Origin: the human T2T-CHM13v2.0 reference genome, Homo sapiens | Strand: one strand, 5' to 3' | Length of the DNA: 64,000 bases | Assembly (NCBI RefSeq): GCF_009914755.1 | Contig: NC_060929.1 | In this document: positions 1-14,930 of the stretch, in pieces | Numbering within the stretch: position 1 is the first letter of the stretch | Layout of the letters: each line of letters begins with the position of its first letter | Notes under the pieces: model-generated | What the model was told of the DNA's origin: nothing | The model's input: only the letters and a program-made list of their open reading frames with translations | Databases searched by the model: none | Program-made: the position numbers and the translations under genes

Positions 1-84
1 GGAGACAGAGGGCATCCACAGCTGTTTTGAAAGCTCACATCCAAACTTTAGAATGTGGAAAGATTGAACTCTTTTTTATTTTTG

Positions 85-190
85 TATATATATATATATA
101 TATATATTTTGTAGAGATGGGGTCTCACCATGTTGCCCAGGCTGATCTCAAACTCCTGGACTCAAGCAATCCTCTTGCCTCAGCCTCCCA
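85..190 (-). mobile_element. Alu left-monomer/FLAM-like fragment preceded by (TA)n
   Basis: gtagagatggggtctcaccatgttgcccaggctg...cctcagcctccca matches the antisense Alu left arm; (TA)n at ~85-107. Confidence 0.9.
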
Positions 191-1059
191 TGGTGGAGAG
201 GACTGAACTCTTAAGATAATTCCCATAAGTAAGTGATGTCTGGTCCCTCACTGCTTTACAAATGCCCCTGCCCTCATTGCCTTCCTTAAAACCCATCACA
301 CAGGCCTGTCTATGGAGGCAGGACCAGAGAGGCAGGGCGCACAAGTGAGGGCGCTTGTGTGCCCTTTGAGCAGGGGATCTGGGGGACCAAGGGGTAAGGG
401 AGCAGAAGAGGAGCCTGAAGCCACTGTGACTATCACCCGCCCCGGCAGGGCTCTGCGCCCCCCGACGACCCCCTCCAGTTAGGAGTGGTGCATGCTCCAC
501 CCCCTGCTTCCAGCCAGCCTCCCACCCACCCCCATCCAGGGAGTGCTGGGGGATGGCCCCGGGTCTGGGGGGAGCTGCCACAAGAAAGACACATTTCCTG
601 CCTAATGGAGGTGGTTGGGTTGGTAATGAGTGTTCCTGCTAATTTGGAGGAATGATTTAACACCAGGAGGAGCCCGGGAAAACATCTTCTGAATAGAAAG
701 AGTGGAACGACCCCCACCAGGCGGCGGCTCCGAGTACCGTGTTACTTCTTGGGCCTTTGGATCTGTCTACACAGGGAGGGACTGAGAACCCCGGGAACTG
801 CATCCCTAGGAAGGAAGTGGGAAGGCAGGTGCCAGCTCAGTGTCTGGAGCTAAAGAAGGGAGGAAAGCCCCTACACACAGGTTCTCCCACCCCTCAGTGA
901 GGCATTGGGTGCAGGGCCCAGTAGAGAGGCGGGAGAGCTGCTTGTGGACCGTGGTCGGCCACCTCGCCAGCTGGACACCTCTGGGCCTCACTGTCTTCCC
1001 AGCTGCAGGGATTAAAGGGGACAGCGAGGGGTGGGGCAAGCCCTGCACATGTTTGTCTG

Positions 1060-1630
1060 TCCATTCAACATTGTTTTTGAAGCACTTACTATGTGCCAGA
1101 TGTTCCTCTGTGCCCTGGGGCTCTGGTGGGCATGTCCTTGGAGGTCCCTGCTCATGTTCCAGTGGAGAAGGAAGAGGACGATGGACAGGCCAGCAGATAA
1201 ATGAATGAGAAAGACAGCATGTGGTCTGCACCAGTGGCAGCACAGCCGATGGAGCAGGGACCTGGGGCAGGAGAGGGAGGTGGGGAGCTGAGGCCTGGGC
1301 TGCTGAGGATATGGGAGGGCAGGCCAGCCGGGGAACAGCAGGAGCAAAGGCCAGGAATGGGGGCCAGCCTCAGAGGTTTGGGGGAAGTGACGGAAGCAGA
1401 TGGAGCGAGGGAGTGGGGGGAAGCGTGTGGCCCTGGAAAAGAGTCTGGATTTCCTTCCACTGCAGCCAGAAAGTCACTGGAAGCTTCAGCACGGGAGTTC
1501 CGTGATCTGATTTACATTAGAAAACACAACCCGAGATGCTCTCGTGTGGAATGGAGAGACTGGGGAGGAGGTGACAGAAAATTTAGGAGGCTGTAGTGAG
1601 AGAGGAGGGGGTTTGGACCAGGGGGGCCGG
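1060..1630 (-). mobile_element. L2 LINE 3' fragment
   Basis: cattcaaca...agcacttactatgtgccag 3'-end motif, then gagtctggattt...tgatctgatttacatt typical of antisense L2. Confidence 0.65.
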
Positions 1631-2369
1631 TGAGAGAAGTAGCTGGGCCTGGGACAGGTCTGGGGTGGAGCCTGCCGCCTCTGCTAATGGGTGCCTGTGG
1701 GAGGCCCTTTAGAGAAGAGCAGGAGGAGGTCTGATCCAGAGCCTGAGCCAGCCCTGGAGACGGGAAGGCCATGGGAGGGAAAGCAGGGAGCTCTGCTGGA
1801 CTCTGGATTCCGGGAGGGACCTGGGAACCTGAATTTTTAATGAGCTGACCCCCAAGGGATTCGGGTGACGCCTCTGCTCTCAAATTTCAACTCTGGACTT
1901 GGAATTCTATATGTGTAAAAAACGTAGCCTGGGGGTTCCGGTTGCCAAGTAAGGGGTGGAATATAAAAATTTAAACATAGAAAACACTTGTCATTTCACT
2001 CATTGTGACTCTCCTCCCATGAAACAGCAAAGAGAAGACTCCGGAGTCCCCTCTCACAGCAAGGAGGTGGGTGCGCTTTCCCGGGGGTCCTCCCCTCCCG
2101 CAAGGGCCTCTTCTCTTTCACACTCTGAGATTCCAAGGGTAGCAGCCCTCTCTGAGGTGCCTACAGCCTGCATGTGGGTGGAGGAACTGGCAGGTGAAGC
2201 CAACACCCCCAAACTACCAATGATTCCAAGGGTCTGATGTAAGAACTCAGCCGCCCCTGGAGACGACTCAGTAGTCAGGGTGAGCTGAAAGTGGCAGCTT
2301 CCCCTCCAGAGCATACCTCTTCTCACACACAAGCCTGGGAGGTTGGCCGTCTAGGGCTCATGGACCACT

Positions 2370-2740
2370 GTGTGCATCAGAGACCCAGGCTCCTTCTGTT
2401 TATCTGTTGCCCCTTCCTAGCACGTGGCCTCTATCCTAAGGTCTCCTCATGGCCCAGAAAGACTGCTGGGCTTCCAGTCATGATGTCAGGCTGGAAGGGG
2501 AAAAATGGAGGAGCAAAGAGGGTCTAGCTCCTCCTTCTCAAGGAGTCTGCCCAGAAGTCCCACACACATTTGCTTACGTCTCGTTGGCCAGAATTCAGTG
2601 CACTGACCACACCTAGCTGCAAGAGAGGCTGGAAAATGTAGGGGGTTTTTTTTGTTCTATTTTCTTTTTGTTTTCTTTAAGCTGAGCCCCTTGCTCAGGA
2701 CTATAGTGAGACAGAAGGGAGAAAGGGGTGTTGGAAGGCA
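2370..2740 (-). mobile_element. Old MaLR LTR (MLT1J/K/L-like)
   Basis: cagagacccaggctccttct...ttggccagaa...ccacacctagctgcaagagaggctggaaaatgtag. Confidence 0.7.
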
Positions 2741-2779
2741 ATTAGGCACCTTGGTCCCAGGACATTAGTGGTGACAACA

Positions 2780-3200
2780 GGTAAATGAGATCAAGGCCTG
2801 CCCCTGCTTAAAACTCTCCTGTCCTCTTCACCACAGCCCCACAGCCCTAGTTGATCCAGGCCCTGCCCCACCCCTTCCTGACTCATCTCCTCCTTCCTCT
2901 CATTCAACATGTGTTGAGCTCATCCCCCACCCCCCCAGGGCCTTTGCAGTTGCTGCTCCCCCTGCCTATAACACGTTGCCCCAGGATCCTCGTACAACTC
3001 ACTCATCTCATCATTAGGCCCCGGCTCACATGCCCCTCCCTAGGGGGCCTGCCCCACGCTCCCTACCATAGTCACTCTCAGCCCCATTCACCTGTTTTCC
3101 AGAGCACCCAGAACACTCCGGAATTTGCTCCTGCGTCCCGTGTTTATGCTCTACACAAGGGGGAGACTGTCACTTTTGCCCAAAGCTCAGTGGCACAGCC
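2780..3200 (+). mobile_element. L2 fragment
   Basis: cctgcttaaaactct...gggcctttgcagttgctgctccccctgcct L2 motifs. Confidence 0.6.
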
Positions 3201-3345
3201 AGAGAGGCTGCCCACATGCAGGTGCAGATGGAGGAGAATCCTTCATTTGTGTTTCCTCCTGCACCATAGTCTGCGGGGGGCCGGTGTGAGAAGCCTCTTG
3301 CCAGAGGCCTAGGTTCAGCACAGCCATTCACATTTTTGGTGGGCT

Positions 3346-3847
<502 letters not shown>

Positions 3848-3999
3848 TAGATACCCTGGATGGCTTGTCACCATCACCCGGACTCCCTCTGCCCTCTCCC
3901 CGTGGTTGGGCTCCCTGTGTCTATGGTCATCGCTTTCTTGCTTTGTTCCCTTGTGGACCACAGGCTCAAGTAGCTTCTTAAGAAAGAGGGGAAGAGGTC

Positions 4000-4934
<935 letters not shown>

Positions 4935-5671
4935 TTTTTTTTTTTTTTCCTCTTTGTCTCTTTGTTTTCTCTATTCCATGATGAGCCGTCCCTAAGCTGT
5001 CTGCTGATTTGAGGCTCATCAGATCATGATCAAGTTCCAAAATGCAGACTGGAAGCTCCCAGATCTTGATGAGTCATCACCTGGCGAACCTCCCAGTGTT
5101 GGTAAGTTGAGGTCTTGCATTTGGGCTGGCCAGATCCCTAGGAAAGACTCAATCTCCTGCCTGGTAAAAATCTCTGGCTTATCAGCTTCTGGAACTGATT
5201 AAGGGAAGGAAGCTGGGCAGGGGGGGTCCCAGGATTCTGTAGCCCCCGTTTTCAGTACAGCAGCTCTTAGCTGTGCCTCGCCTCCCCCAGTCTAGTGCAT
5301 AAACCTTGGACTTTTGCTAGTGGTTGGGGAGAGGATGGGAGTAGTGATCTAACAGCTTGGAGGGAGGTAGGGGATCTAGAGCCTATCGGTTTTCAAAAGC
5401 TTTTGCTCCACTCTTTCTTGTTTTAACTCCCATTCATCCCCATTTCCAGGTGTACCTGCAGCTGCAAGTTCCTGAGGCTTTGAGGGCTCTGAGATGTGAA
5501 TAGACTTGGATCTCTTCTAGAGAATCAAATAGCCTAAGGTCCTGTCCAACGGAGCCCTCTCTGTCAGGTATCACTCATCCCTCTGTTCCCAGGTTCCACA
5601 ACTGCGTTGCTGTCATCTCCTCCTCTGTTACCTTTCTTATCAAATTGGTGTTTTTTAAAAGATCATTTGCT

Positions 5672-5976
<305 letters not shown>

Positions 5977-6737
5977 AAAAATTCATTTGCTGTATTTTAA
6001 GTGGAGGCTGGGCAGGAGTGAAATTAGATATGCATGTTCTGTCTGCCATCATATCTCACCCTCCACAGCTTACAAAGGAGGTGATGGGAGTGAGAGTTAG
6101 GGCTTCTGATGGAGATGAACAGGCACGGAACACCTAACCCCCTCCTGTGTATGGGCGACCCTCACTTTATGAGGCTGAGCCCATCACCCCTTGTAGAAGG
6201 GGTATGACGATGCCATATACATACTTGCCTGTCATGCCGAGCAGCTAGGCTGGGATTCTGTGCCCAAGCCCAGCCAATAAGACGCTCCCCGCCAAGATCT
6301 GGTCAGGAGCTAGTGAGCAAAGACGCAGGAGTCAGGGAAGACCTTTGGGGCGGGGTAGCAGCAGGGACCATGCCGCATGCAAGCTGAGGTGGGCACGGTC
6401 GGGGTGCTGGCAGCCTTGTTCCCATCCGCTGGGTTCTTCAAAGGATTTGGACGATGATCAGCTAAGAGCCCTGAGTGATTCACACAACTGGCTAGTGGCA
6501 GGCTACTGGCAGTTGGGGTCAGGGCAGGGACCTCCTGACAGGATGCCATGTCCTTCTCCCTGTGCCCTTGGGTCCTGCTCAGCCCTTTGGAAGCTGCACC
6601 TGGAACCTCCCCAAAGGGGGCCTTCCCCACCTGCAAACTTCTCACAACCTCTGTCCTGCTCTGCCTCTCCAGACTGACCCTCTCCTGCCCTTCCCAATCC
6701 CGGACCCTTAACCTCCTGTCCCTTATCCAGAGGCAAG

Positions 6738-7118
6738 TCTCTTAGTCCATTTTTGTGGCTATAAGAAAAAACTCCCAACTGGGTAATTGGTAAAGAACAG
6801 AAGTTTCTTTCTCACAGCTCTGGAGGCAGGGAGGCCCACAGTCAAGGAGCTGGCCGGTTGGTGTCTGCCGAGGGCCTGGTCTTTGCTTCCACCATGCTGC
6901 TTGGCTGTTGCAGCCTCCAGAGGGGACGAAGCCTGTGTCCTCACCTGGCAGAAAAGCAGAAAGGCAAAAAGGGCCTCAGCTATTTCCCTCGAATCCATTC
7001 ATGGGGTGGAGTCCTCAGGACCTAATTCCTTCCCAAAGTGCCCAACTCCTAACATTCCCCCAGTAGGGATTCCGTTTCCACATGCATTTTGGAGGGGGCC
7101 ACACTTCAAGCCGCAGCA
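6738..7118 (-). mobile_element. MaLR solo LTR (MSTD/MLT1A-like)
   Basis: tcttagtccatt...tttctcacagctctggaggc...tgtgtcctcacctggcagaa...ttttggagggg...gca. Confidence 0.85.
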
Positions 7119-7539
7119 AAAGCCTGCCCTGTGGCTTACAGCATCAGCTTACGCAGCCCACTGGGTTCCAGCTCTCCATCTGCCCTGGCCGTCTCTGCTC
7201 CTCCTCTGTTTCAGCCAGCTCCATGCTCCCACACCTGTAGAATGCCTTGGCCACCACACTTCTCTCCAGCCAATATTTAAATATTTTTAAAAACATTTCC
7301 TATTTCATATGTTTACGCCTGTTCTCCTGGCTAGAAATGTAAGTGCCTTACCCCTTCACTGCAGAGTCCAGGGCCAGGCAACTTGCAAACAATACAGATA
7401 TACTTTTTGCAAAATGTCCAATAAATGATTTCTTCACTTCCCTGCTCTGTCAAGGAAGAAAGCGTTTATGAACTCATGTATGATTTATAGACACAAATGT
7501 TGGTAGTGAAAGTTATTCACCCATATCTGACCTTAGTTG

Positions 7540-8200
7540 TCAACTAGTTTTTATTGTAAAACCAATGTAACGTGAAACATTTTTGGGAAAAAATGGGGAA
7601 ATCATCCATAATTCTACCTGGCACAACTATTTTCATTTTTATTTTTCCATGTATATTGCCTTCAAGCCCTTTTCCTAAAATGTCCATAGCTCCAATCCTG
7701 GTAGTTACTCCCCATAAAACCTGGCTCACAGGACAGGTCCCAAGGCAGCTTTCCTGGACCCTGAGTAACTCCTTGTCTCTCTGCCTCTGTCCTTGACCTT
7801 CTCACCCCAAGTGTTGTTCCTTGTTTTCACGTCTCTCCTGCCCTGACGGGGCCAGGAGCTTCCTGGGGGCAGGAGGGCTCCCGCGAGTCTCTTGTGTCCC
7901 AAGCACAGAGCCTGGCGCATGGTTTGTGCTTCTTGCGGTCACAGTTTGGCATTCTGTGCTGTCACTGTGTGTTAGAACAGACGCCTTTTCCCTTGTTGCT
8001 CTGTAGTTTTCATAACGATCATTTTTAACCACTCCAGAATATTTCATCAAGTGGATGTTCCATAATTTAGTTAACCAGTCCCCTACCGGGGAACATTTGG
8101 GTTGTTTCCAGTTTTTTCTGTATTACAAATAATGCCGCAACAACTGTCCTTGTGCAAGATCATTTATTTCTCCTTTTGAGTAAATTCGTGGAATCCCTGG
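7540..8200 (-). mobile_element. L1ME-type 3' fragments
   Basis: ccataatttagttaaccagtcccct...gaacatttgggttgtttccagtttt...attacaaataatgc. Confidence 0.6.
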
Positions 8201-8398
8201 GTCAGGCAGGCCCCTGGGCTTGGGCACGGCTCACAGGGAGGGACACAGTGCCCCCACCACCATCCCTTCCCTCAGCATAAACACATTCTGTGATGACACA
8301 GATCTGTCTTCCTGCTCTTCTGAGCAGTCAGAGATTGTGTTGTCCTCATTCAGCAAATGTTTATTAAAGTTTTATCTATCTTGGATTCTCCAGAGCCT

Positions 8399-9052
<654 letters not shown>

Positions 9053-9129
9053 ATAACCTGGTGTGTCTGAGACATTTGTGGCCTTGACCTGATGTGCCTG
9101 CCCCACATCTGTGCCCCATCTTCTGGCTG

Positions 9130-9520
9130 CTGGCTCACTGATTTTCTCCTGGGGAACCCCCACCCGTGCCCATGTGCCGCTTCAGTGGGACTGAGGTGAC
9201 TTTCTGTTACAGCAGTGGACTTGGGCATCAGGCCTGGCCAATCAGAGTACTGCATCTCTGCTTTACAGGGATTGGTTCAGGGAATGTCACATGACTGAGT
9301 CAGAGCCAATGATTTGCAACCTTGCGACACTTAGCAATGCCCTTTCTTCCCCCTCAGGGCTGTGAGGACGTCCCAGGAATGATGCCATAATGTCGCTGAT
9401 GTCATATCGACATAATATTGACAGCGAACATCAGAGCTGCCTGCAGCCAATTTGCCACTGTCTAGGGAGAATCCCTGAAGATGGTGCCAACACAAGGGGA
9501 GAGCACCAAGGGAGGCAGAG
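9130..9520 (+). mobile_element. MLT1K/L-like LTR fragment
   Basis: ggcctggccaatcagagt...gattggttcaggga...tcacatgac...ccaatga. Confidence 0.55.
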
Positions 9521-9529
9521 AGAACCTTC

Positions 9530-10460
9530 CTTCATTTACTCCTCCTGCCTCTATGTGCTAAGCCCCACTCTGTGCCAGGCCCATTCCTGGCCCTGGGGAA
9601 ACAGCCACGAACAAGACAGAGTCCCTATTCTCACGGTGCTGACATCCTAGTGAGAGGTGACAGCGTGCTGGCAGTCGTCGCAGCCCTCGCTCGCTCTTGG
9701 TGCCTCCTTGGCCTCGGCACTTTTGTGTCTAGCTTGGGGATCGTAAAGGCACCAATCAGCACCCTGTCAAAACGGACCAATCCACTCTCTGTAAAACAGA
9801 CCAGTCAGCTCTCTGTAAAATGGACCAATCAGCAGGATGTGGGTGGGGCCAGATAAGGGAATAAAAGCAGGCTGCCCGAGCCAGCAGTGGCAACCCGCTC
9901 GGGGCCCCTTCCACACTGTGGAAGCTTTGTTTTTTCGCTCCTTGCAATAAATTTTGCTGCTGCTCACCGTTTGGGTCCACACTGCGTTTATGAGCTGTAA
10001 CACTCACTGGGAAGGTCTGCAGCTTTACTCCTGAGGCCAGCGAGACCACGAACCCACTGGGAGGAAGAAACTGAACACATCCGAACATCAGAAGGAACAA
10101 ACTGCGGACACGCGGCCTTTAAGAACTGTTAACACTCACCGTGAGGGTCCGCGGCTTCATTCTTGAAATCAGTGAGACCAAGAACCCACCAATTCCAGAC
10201 ACACTAGCAGGGAGAAGCAGGCCCTAAGCCCAGTAAGCACACAGGTAAACAAGTGAGTAAGTAGGATTGCTCCAGAAAGTGGCAACTGCAGAGAAGAGAA
10301 ACAGCCCATAGGGGTGAGAGCGGGTAGCTGACGGAGCGTGGCTATTGTGGACTGGCCTTCAGGGGGCCTCTGAAGAGTTGATATTTGAGCGACTTGAACG
10401 ATGTATTCCAGTTGGAGGCAGTCACCTAAGGCCTAAAGTGGGACATGGCATTGTGCATGT
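9530..10460 (-). mobile_element. L2 3' end split by the LTR12 insertion
   Basis: actctgtgccaggc...aacaagacagagtccct...ctgacatcctag, resuming after 10207 with ggcctctgaagagttgatatttgagc. Confidence 0.65.
9651..10203 (+). mobile_element. ERV9 solo LTR (LTR12C/D-type 5' end) with a large internal U3 deletion
   Basis: Starts tgagaggtgacagcgtgctggcag, ends aagaacccaccaattccagacaca; CCAAT repeats; gccagataagggaataaaagc; exact 4-bp TSD CTAG at 9647-9650 and 10204-10207. Confidence 0.95.
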
Positions 10461-10483
10461 TTTTTGCTTTGTTTTGTTTTACA

Positions 10484-10796
10484 TTTTTCTTTTCTTTCTT
10501 TTTTTTTTTTTTTGAGACAGCGTCTCACTCTGTCACCCAGGCTGGAGGGCAGTGGCATAATCACGGCTCACTGCAGCCTCAAATTCCCCAGGCTCAGGTG
10601 ATCCTCTCACCTCAGCCTCCCAAGTAGCTGAGATCACAGGCACATGGCACCACACCTGGCTAATTTTTGTATTTTTTGTAGAGACGGGCATCTTCCTATG
10701 TTCCCCGGCTGGTCTTGAACTCCTGGTTTCAAGTGATCCGCCCGCCTCCAGCTTCCAAAGTGGTGGGATTACAGGCATGAGCCACTGTGTCTGGTC
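10484..10796 (-). mobile_element. Alu (AluJ-like)
   Basis: Dimeric antisense Alu with J-type ctgcagcctcaa. Confidence 0.95.
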
Positions 10797-10894
10797 TTTA
10801 ATTTTTCAAATATGGTAAAATACACATAACATAAACTACCATTAACCATTTTTTTTCCTGCACAGTTTAGTAGATATGCAGGTTTTGAGGATAT

Positions 10895-11010
10895 TTTTGA
10901 ACCCCTGGATCCAGCAGTTTCCAAAGCCATCTGCTTCCTGACTTTTCAGGTTTATAAGCCAGTAGTCACCCCAAGTTTGAACTGGATTTTCTGCCACTGG
11001 CTCCTGGAGC
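10895..11010 (+). mobile_element. MLT1J/K 3' fragment
   Basis: cccctggatccagc...gacttttcag...gtttgaactggattttctg. Confidence 0.5.
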
Positions 11011-12599
11011 CTGAGACAATCAGCATTGTTGGAAATCTCTAGAAACACGCTACTCCCCGCAATGCATCTGTTCCCTGCGTCTCTGCAGCCTCACCAGCTC
11101 TGGGTATTATCATCAAGCAGCATTAAAGCCTAGAATATGAAATTCAGGGGGAAACAACTGATCCAAGGCGGGAGAGAACCAAAACCGGCCTCGCCTCTCC
11201 TCCTGTGAGTTCTCGGTGCCCATCCACACACAACTGGGTTCGGGCCGCTTTGTTCTTTGCTCTGAGCTGTTGTCTTATGGCAGGTTGTGACATTTCCACC
11301 TGGAGGTGTCCCGCTCATTGCTCTGGGGACGTTTTTATTTTCATATTTAAAGAGAATTTTTGTGGCAGTCTGTGTCACCAAGGGCTGTCGGGAGCCCCTG
11401 GCAATATGATTCTGTCTGAAGAACAAAGAGGCAAATTTGCAGAAGATCAAATGCAGAGGCATCATGAGGGAAGGAGGGCTGAGAGCTGCAGATGAAAACC
11501 GTGATGGTTCCAGCCCAGATCTGTGCGTTTTGCTGAGATCTGAGAGCCGTGAATAATGCAGGCTCTACACACAGCCCAGGGTGTGCAGCAGCTGGTGGTG
11601 GAGAGGAGGTGGGATCCCCCCAACCTCGTTGAAGACGTGGCTTCGCTGTGAAGAAGCAGGGCTGGGCACAAGCCCTCCAGGCAGGGCCAGCTCCAGTGAA
11701 AAGAGCAGCAAAGAGGAGGGATGGAGTTGAGGGGCTCAGGCCGTGCCGGCATACAGATGAGCGTGGGAAGCCCAGATGCAGGGAAAAACACGATCCACTG
11801 CCAGCTTCCCGCAGTGGGGGCTGGTGTCCCTGGGGATTTAGGGGGATGCAGAGGCCACATTGAGCTCTCCTGCTGGACCCTGAATACACAGGTACCTTCT
11901 CTGCCAGACTCAGGAAGGTGCCTCTGCAGCCTTGGGGTGCAGGCTCTGTGTGCTGCTTCTGGAAGGCCACCTGTTCCCTGGCTCCTGTGTGCCCCCACAC
12001 CCTCAGCTTGCCACTGCCCCTCCTGGGCCCAGGCCCAGGTCCAAGCTTACCCTCCAGGCGCAGGCCTTTTCCACTCTCCCCCCCAGCCTCCAGCCCTGAG
12101 CCTCCACCCCTCCTCCAGCTCCTCCCAGCCTCCCCCTGCTGCAGTCCCTATCCTACCATCCCTACTGGGTCCTCTTCCTCCCCTTCTGCCCTAGTTCTCC
12201 CTCCCTTCTCTTGGCACTCTCAAGCCTCTGGTTGGCTGCCTCATATCTCTTGACACAATCTGACTACCCACTGAGTCTTCCTTCCTGGGTTCACAGCCCC
12301 AGACCAGTTCTGTCTCTCTCTCTGCCCAGCTTGAGACATCCGGTGCCCCTGCCCTGCCCCTGTGCAGCACTCTCTCTAGAAACATGGCCCTTCCTTCTGG
12401 GAGTGGACTCTCAACCTGGCTACCTAGTATCAGAACCTTCTTCCTGAAAAGGAAGATCCAGCCCCTCTCTGTGTACACAGAAATGCCAGACATACAATCT
12501 GGGCCTTCCCCAGAACACAAGGGTCCACCATCAGTAGCACCTACCCCAACTAGCCAGGGCCACAGAGAGTCAGGGACCCCCAGAATCCATCTCTCTGTG

Positions 12600-12885
12600 T
12601 GGGGCAGTGGCAGCACCAGCAACCTCATCCGGCCTCCAGAAGCAGGGGGACAGGACGCAGAGCTGGGCAGGTTGGGGTCTCAAAGCCAAGGGCAAGGGCA
12701 GCTGTCTGTCTGCAGCTCCTTCCCAGGCGTTCAGCCTCTCAGCATGATGCTCGGCTTCCCAGAGGGTTTCTGGGCTCCAAATATCCTTTCATAAATGCCC
12801 TTCCTGTTTACCTGAGCCTGAAAGAACTTCCATTGCGTTGGGTTGTATTTCATTATATTACAGTGAAAGACCCTGCCTTGCCCAT
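12600..12885 (+). mobile_element. Old ERVL LTR 3' part (LTR16/LTR33-like)
   Basis: atatcctttcataaatgcccttc...aaagaccctg resembles an ERVL U5 end. Confidence 0.4.
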
Positions 12886-13369
12886 CACCTTTTTCGTTTT
12901 TTTAAAACCCTATTCTAGTATCTCTTTAATATAAATTTATTAAGTTTAAATCATAAATTCTTGCAAAGAAAAATATTAAGTAAAATATTAAGTAAATTAA
13001 AAATTCAAATTATGAGTCCAAAATCCTGAAACCAGAAAAGATTTGACAGTATCAAAATTGTAAATGCATATATATGTCCTTTAAACCAACAATCCCTCCT
13101 TTCCTATTCAGCCAGTAAAGCCTGGAGATTAGAGGCCTTTCCAAATCAGGGGATAGAAACCTTCCCCACCTGCCCTTCTCCTCCTTTCTATTTTTGTTCT
13201 CACAGCTATAGAGTATCCCACGGTCCTGACAGGCCCTAGCTCATTGAGCCAGCCCCTTGTGGGTGGACACCTGAGTTGTTTTCAATCTTTTGCTCTTGTA
13301 GTGCAGTGAATAGCCTTACACCTATGTCATCGAGTTAGTACAAAGTGGAGCATGCACGCGATAAATCTA

Positions 13370-13950
<581 letters not shown>

Positions 13951-14589
13951 AATGTAGAGGTGGAACACAGAGGTGACCAAAATCCTGACTGTGGCAGCTA
14001 ATGGCTGACTTTGGGGAGCTGCTCCATACTGTGGTCTTGAGCTGTCTCTTGCACTCCTCCTTCACCTGCAGGAGCCAGCAGGGAGCTGGAGAGAGGGTGG
14101 GGATAGCACTCAAGAGTGCAGACCCCCGCCCAGCTGTGTGCACATGCACGCAGCTGCCAGCAGCAACCAGAGCCACCCCTGGCATCCTGTGTCAAGCCCG
14201 CGGTGTTCTGGAGTGGTGATGAAGGGCCTCTCCCTCAAACTGGACACCTTAAATCCTGCTTCCCGCCACCAAGGGAAGACTCCAGAGGGGCCTGCCCGGG
14301 TTGAGAAACTGCCCAGTGACAGCCATTTGGCTCCCTTCCCGTACTCATATAGACACAGCCTGGCCCAGGCGGTGACTGCTTCCTACCTGCACAGACACCA
14401 CCTGACCCACACACGAGAGACCAGCAGAGCAGCCCACACCATTGTCCCCAGATCTTGGCACCCTGAAGAAGCTGAGCTGAGCACACACAATTAAAATCTC
14501 CCCTCTGCAGCCAGAGGAAGGACCTGGGCTTTGGGGAGGGCACCAGGAGCGGGCGGCTGGGGGCAGGGCCATGCTCCCTTTTTGTCTCT

Positions 14590-14930
14590 AGCTGCCTTTT
14601 GTTCAAAGATAAACATGCCTCGGCCTCCTTCCCCTACCTGAAAGCCGCTTCTGCCGGCGAGAGAAATCGTACACAATCTCTGCTCTGGATGTACAAAAAG
14701 TCTGAAATTGCTTGGAGACCAGGCGGGAGGGAGCGGGGTGAGGCTGGGGGATCCGGGCGGGTAATTGCGGGTCATCCATCTGCCTTGTCGGAGGCACCAG
14801 CCCCACAGCATTTGCAGAGAGGACTCCGTGAATTTGCTTTTTCCCCACATCTTGCATTACTTACTCTTGCCTCAGCAGCCATAAAACCTTTTCCTAAAAC
14901 TGCCCTCAAGCATAATAAACAGGAGACATT
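14590..14930. promoter_or_regulatory. Candidate enhancer in apparently unique sequence
   Basis: Overlapping TTTTGTTCAAAGATAAACA (SOX/TCF/GATA/FOX-like), GGGCGG, CCATAAAA, AATAAACA; retained CpGs. Motif evidence only. Confidence 0.35.

Noticed and set aside
714-727. CTCF-like CCACCAGGCGGCGG (also a partial match at ~21938-21954, minus strand)
   Set aside because: Core mismatches; near-matches are expected by chance in 64 kb of GC-rich DNA
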